A DNA stretch of 64,000 bases from Proteromonas lacertae. Taxonomy: Eukaryota. Below are positions 39,936 to 54,449 of this stretch, one piece after another (the stretch's first letter is position 1; each line of letters opens with the position of its first letter). Both the position numbers and the translations under genes were made by a program. Location: positions 248,001 to 312,000 of the forward strand of contig NGBS01000585.1 in assembly GCA_002245135.1 (NCBI GenBank), in the 5' to 3' direction. The notes under the pieces were generated by a model. It saw only the letters and a list, made by a program, of their open reading frames with translations, was not told the DNA's origin and did no database searches.

Positions 39936-42900
39936 CTATTGATCACTTCTAATCCATCTTGTATTATTCCAATATTCTGCATATGATGTTTGCAATGCTA
40001 CAGCATCATCATCATCGTCATCATTCTGATTCTTCAACAACCTATCATATTCAGTTGGATTATCATCATCATCATGAAACGGTATAGCAGGACCATTCAA
40101 CTGTGATATCTCAATATCCAACATTGGATTTCTATTATATTTAACATCTTTCTTATTAACATCAAATAATTCTCTTCTCTTTTCTAACTCTTTTATTCTT
40201 CTCAATCTTTGATGCAATTTATAAATAATAAATATAAACATAATCAACACAACTGCAAATACAACAATAATAGTATGAATATCTTTCCATTTAAATTCTT
40301 CAGTATAATAAGGTATATGATGTGGATTGAATATAATAGAATAAATACCATCATGTTTAATTCTTGCAGAATATAACATCTTTTGTGCATTCATCAATGT
40401 ATCTTCACATTCCCAATTACCATTGTTTAAGGAAGCTAAACATAAATCTTCTAATTCTATCTTTGTATTATTGTAATAATAAACAGGCATCATTGCTGTA
40501 ATAACAATTGGAGTACTATATAGTGAATCTGATCTTTGTTTACTAGTTGCTATTACTTTAAATGCACCAAGAAACAATGTATCACTCATATCTAATTCAG
40601 GAGGATAATCATTTAATCTTGAAATATGAACATAATTATGGGTTGTAAATAATTTACTTCTGGCTATTGGTGATATATCTAAAACAGCAGAATACAATAA
40701 ATTAAAACCAGTATAAACACTTAAAGATATAGTTTCATAACCATCAACATATATTAATGGTATTTGATATTCTGCACCTGGTCTTATATACACTTTTATA
40801 CCAAAATAGATTGTTTCTCTTTGATATTTATAACATTTTAGTGGATCTTTTTCTTTATATATTGAAGCAAAACATGTATATTCTTTTGTATTATTCAAAC
40901 ATGGAACTGTTGATACATTCACTAAATCATAACATTTCCAATCACTACATTGTATTTGATTAAATGCACAACCATTATATTGTATATTTTTAATTGGATA
41001 ATCATATTCTTCAGTATTATTGGGACAATTACTGAGTGATGATACACATTCTCCTGTACTACATCTTATTGGATGTTTTTGATTACATGTTGGTAATATT
41101 GAACATTTATCATAAGAAGAAGCACACTATAGAATATATTAATATATATATATACCATTCCATTCCAACATAATATTTCTCCATTTCTACAAGTCAAACC
41201 TTTTGAACATAATAATGGATGTTCAGTACATTCACCATTCCAACATAAATCTATAGAAATAATAAATAATAATAATATCAATTACATACATTCAGTGACT
41301 TTACATTTATTGGCATCAAAACATTCAGGAATTGATTTAGTACATCTTCCATTTGGACATTTGATTGGAGCACTTACTGGACATTCAGTGATTATTGAAC
41401 AGTTAGTAGAACAAGATCCATCTCCACATAATTGTAAACCTTCATCACATGGTAATCTCACTCCACAGTTTTTTTCATCACTTACACATTCACCATTATC
41501 ACATAATATTGGTGAATATTCTGGACAAAAAAAGTGGACTTTACATTCATTATTACTTTCTCTAGTTGAAGATTGAATACATCTACCATCTAAACAATAC
41601 ATACTTCTTTCATCTATTAATTCATAAATAATAACAATAATTTATACTTGTGCAATTGTGAATTTCTTTACATTGAGATGGATAGTTGACTAATTCTCCA
41701 TTAGAACATAAGAATGATCCAAGTAAAGCAGCTGGTTTTGAACAATTCAATGCATTTATCTAACATAATAATAATAATAATAATAATATATACAACGCAA
41801 TCGCCATTTGGACATCTAAATGGAGTATTAAATGGACAAATGGAAGGAGGAAAACATTGTGAAGGATTATCAACACATTTATCATTCCAACATCTATATT
41901 TATTATCACCACAAAGTGTTTGTATTTTATTCTTACAAGTAGCATTCTCGAAAACACATAAACCTCTTGGACATCTTTTGGGGTATAATATTGGACAGCC
42001 ATTATCTAATCTACAATCAATAGGATTAGCAACACATTTACCATTATCAATACCTTTCTTACATCGATATGGAACATAGGAAGGACAATTATCATACTTA
42101 ATACAAGATGATTCATTATAAACACATCTATTATTATTACATCTAAAATAACCTTTTGGACATGGTGGGATGATTTTACACTATAAAAACAATATTAAAA
42201 AAGATATTTATATATACAGCATCAAAGCTAGTTTTACAAGAACCATCAGCACATAAGAAAGGTCTATAACTATGACAATAATTTGATGAATTATATTGTA
42301 ATGAACAATCCAATGTTGTTTCCACACACATTCCATCAGCACATCGTTTATACCCAAATGGACAGGAATTATGATAAATACAATAACTCAAATCATGAAC
42401 ACAACTTCCATCACTACATTTATATGGTAATAACAATGGACAATTGATTTGATTCTTACAAATTGTCTTATCTGTAGCACATAATCCATTATCACATAAT
42501 ACTTCACCTTTTGGACAAAAACCTCTTGGACAACAACTAATATTTTGAGGACAGCAGATGATAGATTTATCATAACATGTAAATATATAAGGATAAGGTT
42601 CTTTACATAAATTATCATCAGAATTACATAGTGATTTGTCTAACGAACATGATTGGTCTTTACATCTATATGGAACAGAAAGAGGACATTGTAATTGTTC
42701 ACATTCTGATAAACTACTAACACATTCACCATTTTCACACATATACATGCCTTCTGGACATTCTAATGGTTTAATACATGTAATATTGGTGGTATATTCT
42801 TCTAAATTTGATGTACAAATTCCATTCAAACAGATTGGAGCATCTTCTGGACACTTTGGTATTAAAGGACAATTCATTCTTTCAGAAACACATTGACCAT

Positions 42901-45036
42901 TATAACACATAAATGGAGTAGGAGCAACACATTTCCTATCATTTGTACAATCATTTATATTCTGTTTACATTCATTGTTCCAACATCTGATTGGTTTATC
43001 AACTGGACATGTTAATGGTGTACCACATTGACTCTTTATTAAAGCACAACTACCATCAGGACAAGTGTACATTGTATTACCACAATAACTTGGCTTGGGA
43101 CATTTCATTGGATTATTTGTACAAGTTCCATCAGGGCAAAGATAAGGCGAATTAATTGAACAAATAATTGGTGTTGGACAATAGGATGAATTGGTAACAC
43201 AACTACCATCAATACAATTATAATCTTTACAATCATTATCTTGTATTTCTGTACAGGGATAGTTGTAATGTTGATGGATACATTCATCTTCAGCCATTTT
43301 GGTATAACTGTTTATACATTCTGCATAACCAATTTGAGTGTTAGAATCACAAAAAGATGAATACTATTTACATTATAATATAATATATCATTATATATAC
43401 TTTTGTAGATAATAATCTATTAATACACATTGAATATCCATCATTTCTATCACCAAAATAATAATTCCTATCTGTTATATTATATTCTACACATTTCATA
43501 TTTGGACATAATACAGCATCTTCTCTACAAATTGGTAATTGAGGACATTCATAAAATGAACTAACACATTTACCATTACAGAGATATTGATTATCTGGAC
43601 ATTCTATAGGGATTACTTTACATTTTGACTCATCATCAACACACTTATAATCTGGACAAAGAATTGGACGATCATATGGACAAAACATATCAGAACTACA
43701 ATGTATTTGATTTATAACACATCTACCATCATTACAACGAAATGGAGCATTGGATGGGCAATTGATGTTTATCTCTTTACATTTCTCTGGTCTATCTACA
43801 CACTCATTATTACTACATTTAATAGGACGAGATGATGGACATCTTGTTATTACTGGACATCTTTCAAGTTCGAATAGAATACACTTATTCACACCTGCAC
43901 AATATATTTCATTACTTTTACATGTCTTTGGTGTTGGACATTTGGCTAAAGTAGTAACGCATTGTCCATCATTACACATAAAATACGTATAACTGCTATT
44001 AGCTGAAACTAATGGACACATTGGTCTAGTTCCACAAAATTTTCGACTTTCAGAACATGTACCATCACCACATCGATATTGATTATATCTACATGAGTAA
44101 GTTTTTCCACAAACTGCATCATTTGGTATACATAAACCATCTTCACATAGTTTATAATTACCTGGACATGTTATCATGGAAGGACATGATTTTATTGCCA
44201 TATCGTATAATTCACTGGGAGGTATTGGAGGAATAATGTTATCGAACATATGAATACTTCTACAGGTTGTATCTGGACATTTATATGAGTCTTCCTCACA
44301 GAACGAATACTCGTATCGACATAATGAAGGAGATGTGACACACGTATGATCAGGACATAAATATTCATTATCATTACATTTAATCTATTTTAATAGAAAC
44401 ATAAGAATATACTTCTGATGGACAATTATTAGGGGAAGATACACAAGTCTTGAAATCTCTACACATTAACGGTAATACAGATGATTGACAAACATCTTGC
44501 TGATATCTATAATGACACTCTGAATATGCATCTCTTATATAACAAGATAATTGATCATCACAATATAATGAAGATGGAGGGCAACGAGGTATTGTTGGTT
44601 CTTGTTGACTGGTATAACACTTAAAGTCAGGGTATTGATTAATTTGAGTTGGACAGTAATCACTGGTTGTACAGACTTTTTTTGGATCAGCTGGACAAGA
44701 TCCATCATAACATCTTATCTTTGTAGATTCACTGCATTTTGTATTTCTCCAACTACTGGAACATTCATTATCTGATCCTCTGAAGTCATTTTCGTTTGTA
44801 CATGATAGACACGATAAAAATGGTCTACATGCTTCTGGTTGGACACAATAAACTGTACCAGGTTCAGTGCAAAAATCAACTCCCTACAAATAAGAAAAGA
44901 AAATACATTAAACGAATTCTCACTTATTGTAGAGTTAATTCCTACATAGTCAGGAATATATACGATTTGAGCATATATCTAAATGATAAAATAAAGGATA
45001 TACTGAAGCCAAAAGACAAAAAATGATTAAAAACAT
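39936..45036 (-). CDS. Large type-I membrane protein with many CP...P..C.(D/N)G.C cysteine repeats
   Basis: Signal peptide MFLIIFCLLAS-IYA. Dozens of C.DG.C / C.NG.C repeats across ORFs 41066-44374. Single TM IIVVFAVVLIMFIFIIY, then a cytoplasmic tail with YNRNPM. Confidence 0.85.
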
Positions 45037-45151
45037 TCTTCAAGCCAAATCTGTTTAGAGGTTATGTTTGAGAAAAGCTTGATATTTTTTCTTAAAAACA
45101 CAAAAGAAATGGATATAAGTGTTTTTAACCTGTTATATAGTCAATTTATTA

Positions 45152-46764
45152 TCAAACTGACCTATTAATTTGTGAATCTTCTTTCTCAAATCTCCTAATA
45201 AAGGTAACTATTGAATATAATAAATTATCATATACATCTTTCATATTCTTAGCCATAATCAACTGAAACACAACGATGCTTCCTCTAATATAATCATAAT
45301 TTGGAGTTTTATTCCTAATGGCTGGTGAATCAAGTATATTCAAGATTTTCTGTATTAACTTCATTGTAGATTGATTAGTAGAAGTTAGTGACAATAATAA
45401 GCTAAGTTCATAGTAATAGTAAATATCATTACTAAAATTCTTCCAATACTTCAAATAATTCCTAATACCATCACAAATATCAGTTACACAAGCATTTATT
45501 TGTATTTGATATCTTAAAGCTAAAACTTCATCAAAATCACTGTAACTTTTATCATTTATATTTGTAGAATAATCACTATAACTCATTTTATATAAATTCA
45601 ATCTTAATAAGTCAATGAAATTTGTTGGTTGATATAAATCAAATATTTCACTTGAAAACATCTCATTCTTTTCTTCTTCTTTGTTTTCTTCCATTATTCT
45701 TCTACTTCCTATTATTTGACATAAATATTGTTGACTTCTGTCATCAGTTGGATTTAACATCAAACTCTTTGCAATACATTCCAAACTGTTTGTAGTTACA
45801 AATTTTTCTCTTTCTACATTTACACGTTTTGTTACTACTTTTATTCTTCCACCTTTCATTCTTTGTTTCTATATAAAAATAATATACATTAAAAAAAGGT
45901 GTATTGTATACAATATCTTTTTCTTCAATTTCTGTTACTTTTATTGATGGGTTATTATATTTATACTCATTGCTATTTCCTGTTAATAATAATACTTTAC
46001 TCTAAATAATAAACTAACTAATAATTATACAAATAAAGCCAATATTCTTGATTTAAATTCTATTGGACAATCTGTATTAACATTTGCACTATTATTAAAA
46101 ATAGAAAATTGAGGTATTCCAACAATAATCAACAACTGTTGAATGATATTTAAAGCTGTTTGTAATTGGTTTATTTCTGGTAATATCAATATTTCTACTA
46201 ATATTAACTGGAAATATATATCCACTGGATATTTAAAGATAATTGACACTACTAATTGTTTGAGTTTATCTAAAGATTGTTTTTGAATAAATGGACTACT
46301 TATATAGTTGAAAACATATTTATAGAATCTCCATATATCATATGAATATATCTCTTTCAGATTATTCACAGATAATTCAAATAATTCATCATTATTCAAT
46401 AAAATACTCATTTCATAACCTAATTTATTAATACTTTCACCCTCTTTAAATTCTTTCAATATGTTTAAAGTTTCAATTAAACACATTTCATCATTATGTC
46501 TTTTATATAATATTCTTATATACAATTCACTTATTTTTTCAGCATTCTTATCATTCTTATATTTATTGTATAAACTATTAATTGTTTCAACCGAAATATC
46601 TTCATTTGTATTACAATCATATTCAAATTGATATATTGATGCTAATTCATTATCATCAGCAACATTATCTAAGTAATATTGCGAATTGTTATAGTCATCA
46701 AAGTATTGAATCATTCTAACTAAACCAAACTCTACTAATGGTAATAAATTAACATATCTATGAG

Positions 46765-46812
<48 letters not shown>

Positions 46813-49800
46813 TGACTATTTGTAGTTATTATATCCCAACATTTCTGATAATTATCTAAACTTTCTTTCTGTTTCTTCATTATTTCATATAATACACCTA
46901 TCATATAATATGCATATGGATTAATATTGTTCTGAATGATGTAGTTATTGAAGAATGTCAAAGATTCATGATAGAATTGAAATTTGAATAAGTAATAACC
47001 ATAATAAAAAACAGAATCTAATGATGGATTATACATATTGGAATTCTCCAAATTCTTAAATATTTCATCTTCATCTTCTTCGCTTCCTTTACTATTAATC
47101 ATATTATAATAACTTAATCCATCCCAATAACCACTATCATCATATTTCAATATTCTACTTGCTTCATATAACTTTTGTGTTAAATCTGATGATGGATAAT
47201 CTTTCATTACACAAATAGCTAAGTTATTATATGCTGCTGGTGTTGCTTGAATATTTAATGATCTAATAAAACAATGTTGTTTAATATAAATGTTATTACT
47301 TAATATTCCATAAGCATTCCAAGAATAATAATTCAATAAATTCAACATTAATGAGTTTTGAACTATAGCAACAGTATTGTTTCTATTAATTTTACTCTCT
47401 TCACTAATGGATGTTGTATCAGTAAAGAAAGATTCATATCTTTTCAATAATTCACTGTAAATATATCTATTTGTAGATAAATAATAGAATAGATTAGAAT
47501 CAGTAGGATTTAAGAACACTGCAGTTTGATATGTAATTTTACCACTATTAATATACTTCAATTGTTTTTCAATACCATTAATAATGTCACTTTTCAGGTC
47601 ATTATCATTTTCAATAAATATATTAATAGGTATTTGTGAATATGTATTACATATTTCACCTTTCAAACATAATACTGCTAATGATGTTGGTAATAATGAT
47701 AATGTTTGATTTATAGCTTCATAAGCAGAATTAAGGTAATTATATGCCATTAAAAAGCATTTCTGCTTAATTAATGATCTGGAATAGAGATGTAATGTTT
47801 TGGCATAGTTATAATAGGTCAATGGCATAATTTTTTCATTTTGGGTAGATATAATCAATTCTTCATATTCGATAGCTGTTGTATATCTTTCTAATACAGT
47901 TTCAACCTATATAAATATAATTGAAATGATTAATATACTTGTGCTAATAATAAAACAGAGAAACAATTATCTTCATTTATATCAATATTATTGATTAAAG
48001 AAACATTCTTCAATCCATTTGGTATTTTCTTAATTATTTCAGTCAGATTTAATGCTTCATATAAACTAGATTCAGCAATCATATACCTACCTGCATAATA
48101 ATTAGCTTCACCTAATCTTTGCCAATACTTCTTATCATCAGTGATACTACAAAGGTGTTGTAATAAATCACTGGATTTCTCATAATTCTCATTTAAAAAA
48201 GTAAATTGTGAGTATAAATCATAAGCCCAAATGGCTCTTGGATTTGAATTAATTGCATTTTCATATAATTCTGTTAATTGTTCATAATTATGGCAATTAT
48301 AATAATAAGTGGATAATACCTTTCCTGATTCTTCATTACTTGGATTAATGGATATGCTTTTAAGATGAGATTTGATTGATTTCATTTCTTCATTAATAAA
48401 TGAATAATAATAACCTAAATAAGTAAATCCTTCACTTAATTGATTATCATATTTTACAGCTTTAGCAAAGAATGTAAATACATATTTCTTATTTGTTTTA
48501 TACTCATCTCCCATATCCCAATAGATTCTTCCAGCATAATATAAGTTAATTCCTCTTTCAGGATTATCATTTAATGCTTCTTTTATTAATTTCAATGATT
48601 CGTCTAAATCACCTTTTAAGAACTTAATCCAAGCTAATTTTCCTTTACTTATATCATCTTCTGGATGGATTTTTAATGATTCAATACAAATATTCTCAGC
48701 TTCATTATATTGCTTTAATATTAAATATACATCACATAAACCATGAAATGTTTCAACATTTTCATTTTCTATTTCTATTATTTCCTTATAGGTTTTTATC
48801 TCTTCGTTGTATATACAACAAGACTCTAAGATTTTGGCTTTTAATGATAATATTTTAACATAACTATTCTATTTGAAATAAACAGTAATAATATACTTGA
48901 CAATATCCAACCTTTTTATTCTGTTTCAACTGAATATATTTAACTGCTTTTAATATTGATTGATAACTTTTATCATACTGATGATTGTGATATAAATAAA
49001 TTGACAAGCCATAAAAAGCAGGAGCTTTATATTCATCTGGTAATTGTTTTAATGATCTACGAATAAAATCAAGACCTCTTAGATTCTATATATTAATAAA
49101 TTTTATAAATATACAGTTGGATCATCTCTGAATCTACTCAATCCACAATATAGTTCATAATAACAATCACCCCAATTACTAATACTTCCTAAGCCTGAAT
49201 TAATTTCATCAATATCAGTGTATGACAATATAGAACCATCATCTTCACAATGTTGTAGTATAAATTGATATAAAACCATCAAACTTGGATCTGGTTTTAG
49301 TAATATTGGTTTAAGTCTATCTTGAATATCAGCTAATGTTGATTTGTATGATTCTTTATCTTTCTTTGAATCATTTAATATTTCCACTAATATTGTGTGT
49401 AAAAATATAACATATTGTTCTTCTGGTGGTAAATTGTTAATAATTAAATACATTGATGATAATATTTCATTAATGAATTGCAATTTCTCGTTTGGTTTTG
49501 TATTTTCATAATATTTCATTATATCATTAACTATTGATGGTAATAGAGGTTTGTAAATATTTTCATCAACGTTTTCAAGTATAAATGATAGTTTTGATAT
49601 TAATGAGGTATTAAACTCACTTTTGATTGCTTCTGAGTATGTTTCAACAAATTTAGTAATAAATCTACCTCTTTTTTCTGAATCATTCTTTATTTCTGGA
49701 ATAGAAAGTATCTGTTCTATTATATTTAGCAATTTTATTGGCGATTTACTCTTTGAGAATAATTTAGCCATTGAATTAAGTATATCATAGTTATTCGGTT

Positions 49801-50085
49801 TAATATTCAGTGCTTTTGAAAAATATTCTTCACTATCAGCAAACTATTCAGAATATATATAAAAAAATACTTCTCCCTCTTCTAATGCAGATCTAGCAGC
49901 AATAAATATTAAATCAAAACTGTTACTATCAATTGTCAATCCCTAAAAATGTAAATTGCAAAAGAGTGATACTTGTTTGCATAAGCTTAGGGCTATACGA
50001 AAGTTTTTCTCCTGTACTGCTTGTTTAGCACCCTAGTGTTATAAATATACTCTTATACTGCGAGAAATCTCTTTATGTCAGACAT
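45152..50085 (-). CDS. SKI3: SKI3/TTC37-like TPR superkiller complex subunit
   Basis: Long TPR protein. N-terminus AKQAVQEKNF..AL..CK..L..D. FAKAVKYD....FTYLGYYY, YWQRLGEA.Y..GRY..A, and WNAYGIL......QHCFIRSL. Confidence 0.8.
46767..46811 (+). repeat. (AT)n microsatellite inside an SKI3 intron
   Basis: About 22 AT units directly after the minus-strand donor. Confidence 0.9.
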
Positions 50086-50159
50086 TAGAAATATATTCGT
50101 TTCTCATGTAATAGTGACAAGTAAATTACAAATTTGAAAATTACAGAAAATAATTTCTA

Positions 50160-51618
50160 ATGTCTGATAAACTGGCAAAGGCTAGAGAAGAAGCTGCAAA
50201 AAAACTAGGTATACATACTAAAAATATAAAATAGAGGAGAGAAGGAGGAAACAAGCTGAAGAGATAATGAGTGGTAATACTTTCAGAAAATCACCAAATA
50301 AAACTAGTATTCATAATGTACCACCAAAAGAAGAAAAGCCTGTTGAAATAAGAAAACAAAAAAATAAAAGAATCTCTACTCCAACAAGAAAGGTATCTCA
50401 ACCACAAAAAAATGGCTAAACAAAGAAATTCAACGCCAACTAAATCATCTTTAACTAGATCTTCTTCAACTAGATCATCTTCAAGAGGATCATTTTCAAA
50501 AAGAATGGAAACCTCTTCTTCAGATGATGATGATGATGATGAAATTGGATTGGAAGAAGAGGAGGAAGAAGAAGAAGTTGAAAAAGAAGTTGAAAAAAAA
50601 GTTGAAGAAGAAGCAATAATAGAAAAAGTAAAAAATAAAAAATCACAAAAAGTAAAACAAAAAACACCACCAGTAACCGAATCAATGGTTTCAACTGTAA
50701 CACCGTATAATCATTATATTTATTTTATTTTATTAATTATTATTATTAGTCCACCATCCTTAATAATGGGTTTAGCACAATTAACATCAACTACTGATAT
50801 ATCTCAAAATATGAAAACTTGTTTTGATGCAATTAAAACAGCAGCTGAACAGAATATTCAGTTTCTCTTCTTCCCTGAAGGTTTTTATTATATGGGAAAT
50901 GCAACATCCTCCTCCAAATTAAGTGATTTAAAACCATTTGGATTAAAATTAGATTCACCATTTATTACTCAAATCTGTGAATATGCTAAACAATATTCTA
51001 TGTGGGTTTCACTAGGAGGATTTCCTGAGATTTTAGATAATCGTAACATCTGTAATACTCATATAGTTATTAATCTACAAGGTTATATTGTATCTATATA
51101 CAGACAAGTTCATACTTTACCTTCAACTTGTTATACTCCTGGTAATAATATGGTTGCTTTAGGAATTGATGATATTAAATTCGCTTTATCTATTGGAAAT
51201 GATATTTATTATCCTAATTTTTATAGACAATTGAGAATTAAAGGATATGCTGATGTATATATAATAATTGTTATAATTACAATATTTTAATTCATTATAG
51301 TTTTTGATTATTCCATCCAGTCTTAGTGATGATTTAGGTGAAGATCAATGGATGACATTGTTAAAGACAAGAGCAATTGAGAATCAATGTATTGTTGTAG
51401 CAGCAAATCAAGTTGGTAGAAATTATAAAGGGTTTAAATCTTATGGTCATTCTGTTATTGTATCACCTGATGGAAAACTATTGAATGCACCGAATACTGT
51501 ACAAGGAGTTGTTGTTGTAAAAGTTGATCTATCTTCTATTGAGAGAGAAAGAGAATATAATATGATTCAATATGAAAGGAAGGATGTGTATAATGGAATT
51601 ATTTCACCATCTTGTTAA
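50160..51618 (+). CDS. NIT1-like carbon-nitrogen hydrolase fold with a long charged N-terminal extension; catalytic Lys and Cys replaced
   Basis: GLAQLTST.D, FFPEGF, NTHIVIN..G.I...YRQVH, SIGND, W.TLLKTRAIENQC.VVAANQ.G and SYGHS.IV.P.G. +1 frameshift at the A7 run near 50406-50412. Confidence 0.8.
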
Positions 51619-51767
51619 TCATTTTAATTATAATAATCATTTTATATGTAATAGTTGAAAGAATACACTGTTTTTTGATTAGTGTAACAAAAACTTTACA
51701 ATTTTGTTTTTTGTTTGAGAAGTGTCAAGCTTTTTTCAGTTTTTTTATTTTTTATCTGTTTCTATAA

Positions 51768-52921
51768 ATGGAGGTCGGCGGCATAGTTGCAATCATCGTT
51801 GTATTAATTAAATGATTTAATATATTAGGTGATCGTTTTGCTTATCATAATTGCTGTAATGATTAAAACTTTTGTAATAGTTTTAAAACAAGGAGAAGGT
51901 ATATTATTATAAAAATAATATAATATTTAATAGCAATGGTTGTTGAAAGGTTTGGTCGTTTTCACCGTGTTTTGAACTCTGGTTTGAATATATTAGTATT
52001 TTATTAGAGTTTATATTTTAGATACCTTTTGTTGACACTCCTAGAAGTTTTAATTGGAGAAAAGTCGAGATTGGTGATAGTGTAGAAACTTTCATACACG
52101 AAACATCAATCAATGATGTAAGAATTGATTTGAGAGAGAATATTTATAATTTTCTAAATCAAGATGCATTCACCAAAGATACTGTAGCGATCAAAGTGAA
52201 TTGTCTTATGTATTATCGAATTGTAGATGTTAAAAAAGCAATCTACGAAATTGATGATTTAACTCAAGCAGTATCAAACGTATCACAAACAACAATAAAA
52301 GAAGTATTTGGACAAATGACATTTTTAGAGGCATTAGTATCACAAAAGCGAATAAATGAGTTTATGAAGAGAGGATTTGCTCCAAGATTCTTAGAATGGG
52401 GATTACAAGTAGAAAGAATGGAATTATTAGATATTAAGCCAGATACATCGATCAGTACATCAATGACTAAGAATATGGTTGCTGAAAGAAATAGAAGAGG
52501 ACAATTCATTATTTCAGAGGGAGAAAAGGCATCTACTCGTATTAAATCAGAAGGTTTTAAAGCTTCTACTGTTACTATTGGTATTGGTCAACAGGAAGCA
52601 ACTAGAAAGAAATCTGAAGCTGATTCACAGGTTAAATATGAATTAGCTAGAGCTGAATCAGCTGCAATGGAAGCTGTGAGCAGTGCATTAGAAAATGATG
52701 GAGTAGCACATACTGAATATTTGTTGGCTTTAAAGTGTATTGATTTATATAAGAAATTATCTTGTACTCCTTGTCGTAAATCAATTATATTCCCATATGA
52801 TATTTCTGGATTTAGTCATATCTTTTCAAAGCTTCCTAATGTATTTGGAGCTGGAAGACCTAAAAATCCACCTAAGCCAAAAGTACAAAGAAAACCAGAC
52901 AATCATAGCGATTTAGATTAA
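51768..52921 (+). CDS. SPFH/Band 7 (stomatin-like) membrane protein
   Basis: N-terminal TM, VVERFGRFHRVL.SGL..IPFVD, IDLRE, QDAFTKD, and EWGLQVERMELLDIKP. Three mini-introns. Confidence 0.88.
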
Positions 52922-53162
52922 TATAATAATCAATTTAAACATAATATTACTTTATTGTGATACATATATTATTTTAGTTGTCTTTAATTGTTGTTTTTGT
53001 GTGTGTAAAATGATGTAAATAAATGTTTTTCGTTAATACTACATTCAAATAACCTTTGCATCAAAAGAAAAATGCAAAGATAAATAAAATCGTAGAAATA
53101 AATCGTAGAAAGTATTAATATCCTATTTAACTAAGCCCACCCAATTTTATTTTTTCGATTTT

Positions 53163-54314
53163 ATGCTATCTCGAGCATCAGTTGCTTTGAAAACTTCTCA
53201 AAGAGTATATTCATTCTCATTATACACAATGTAGAGTTTATATAGAATGGCACATACAATTCCTGATGGACCAAAGAAGAAGATGAATTTATTACAGTCA
53301 ATAACAGATGCTATGAGAATATTCTTGAAAACTGATCCAAAATCTGTATTTCGATAGTGAATTCTAATTATTGTTTAGATTTTGTTAGGAGAAGATGTAG
53401 GATTTGGTGGTGTATTTCGTTGTACGTTAGGATTACAAAAAGAGTTTGGAAATGAACGTGTATTTAACACACCCTTATCTGAACAAGTATTTAAGAATTT
53501 TATGTAATTGTAATAGGGTTTAGTTGGTTTTGCGATCGGATATGCAAGTACAGGCAGACCAGTAATAGCAGAAGTACAATTCTGTGATTATATCTTCCCA
53601 GCATTTGATCAAATAGTAAATGAAGCAGCCAAATATCGATATAGATCTGGTAATAATTATAATTGTGGTGGTTTAACTATCCGAGCTCCTTGTGGTGCAA
53701 TCGGTCATGGTGGACATTACCACAGTCAAAGTGTGGAAGGATATTTTGCTCATACACCTGGATTAAAGATCGTCGTTCCACATGAACCAGTTCAGGCTAA
53801 AGGTTTGTTATTATCTGCGTTACGTGATCCAAATCCTGTATTATATTTTGAACCAAAAGCATTATATCGTGCTGCAGTAGATCAAGTTCCAACTGGAGAT
53901 TATATGATTCCACTTGAAAAAGCTGATATAGTAAAAGAAGGAAAAGATATTACAATTATTACATATGGTAAACAAGTGAATGTATGTAAAGAAGCTATAG
54001 AAATGGCAGAGAAACAGAATGGAATAAGTTGTGAATTGATTGATTTACAAACTATTTTGCCTTGGGATAGAGATACTATATTCAATTCAGTATGTAAAAC
54101 AGGTAGATGTATTATTAGTCATGAAGCTCAAGTATCCTTTGGTGTAGCTGCTGAATTAACTGCTGAAATTCAGAAGAACTGTTTCTTGAACTTAGAATCG
54201 CCCATTGCTAGAGTGTGTGGTGCTGATACTCCAGTCCCCTTAGCGTTAGAGAAATACTTCTTACCAAATAAAACTCGAGTTTATGATGCTATTGTTGATA
54301 CAATGAACTATTAA
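53163..54314 (+). CDS. BCKDHB: Branched-chain alpha-ketoacid dehydrogenase E1 beta subunit
   Basis: [58 protein letters not shown] and [13 protein letters not shown]-terminal presequence-like [10 protein letters not shown]. Confidence 0.95.
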
Positions 54315-54449
54315 ATAAAATAAAGCTAATTATAATAACAGTGATATGTTTATTTGTGAGATAAATCAAATTAAAAAATCAAAGAAACGACTATTATTTT
54401 ATTATTTTTTAAATTTCTTTGATTTTTCATTGATTGTAAGGTTAATGAA

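Noticed and set aside
44979..45003. ATATCCTT near the start of the Cys-rich gene as a U12 intron
   Set aside because: It is part of an ordinary short GTATAT...AG intron that keeps the signal peptide in frame.
53087..53111. Short direct repeat AAATCGTAGAAA x2 upstream of BCKDHB
   Set aside because: A single short duplication in AT-rich DNA with no support for function.
54132..54140. GTATCCTTT, a perfect U12 donor, in BCKDHB
   Set aside because: It lies in continuous conserved coding sequence (HEAQVSFG) with no insertion to remove.
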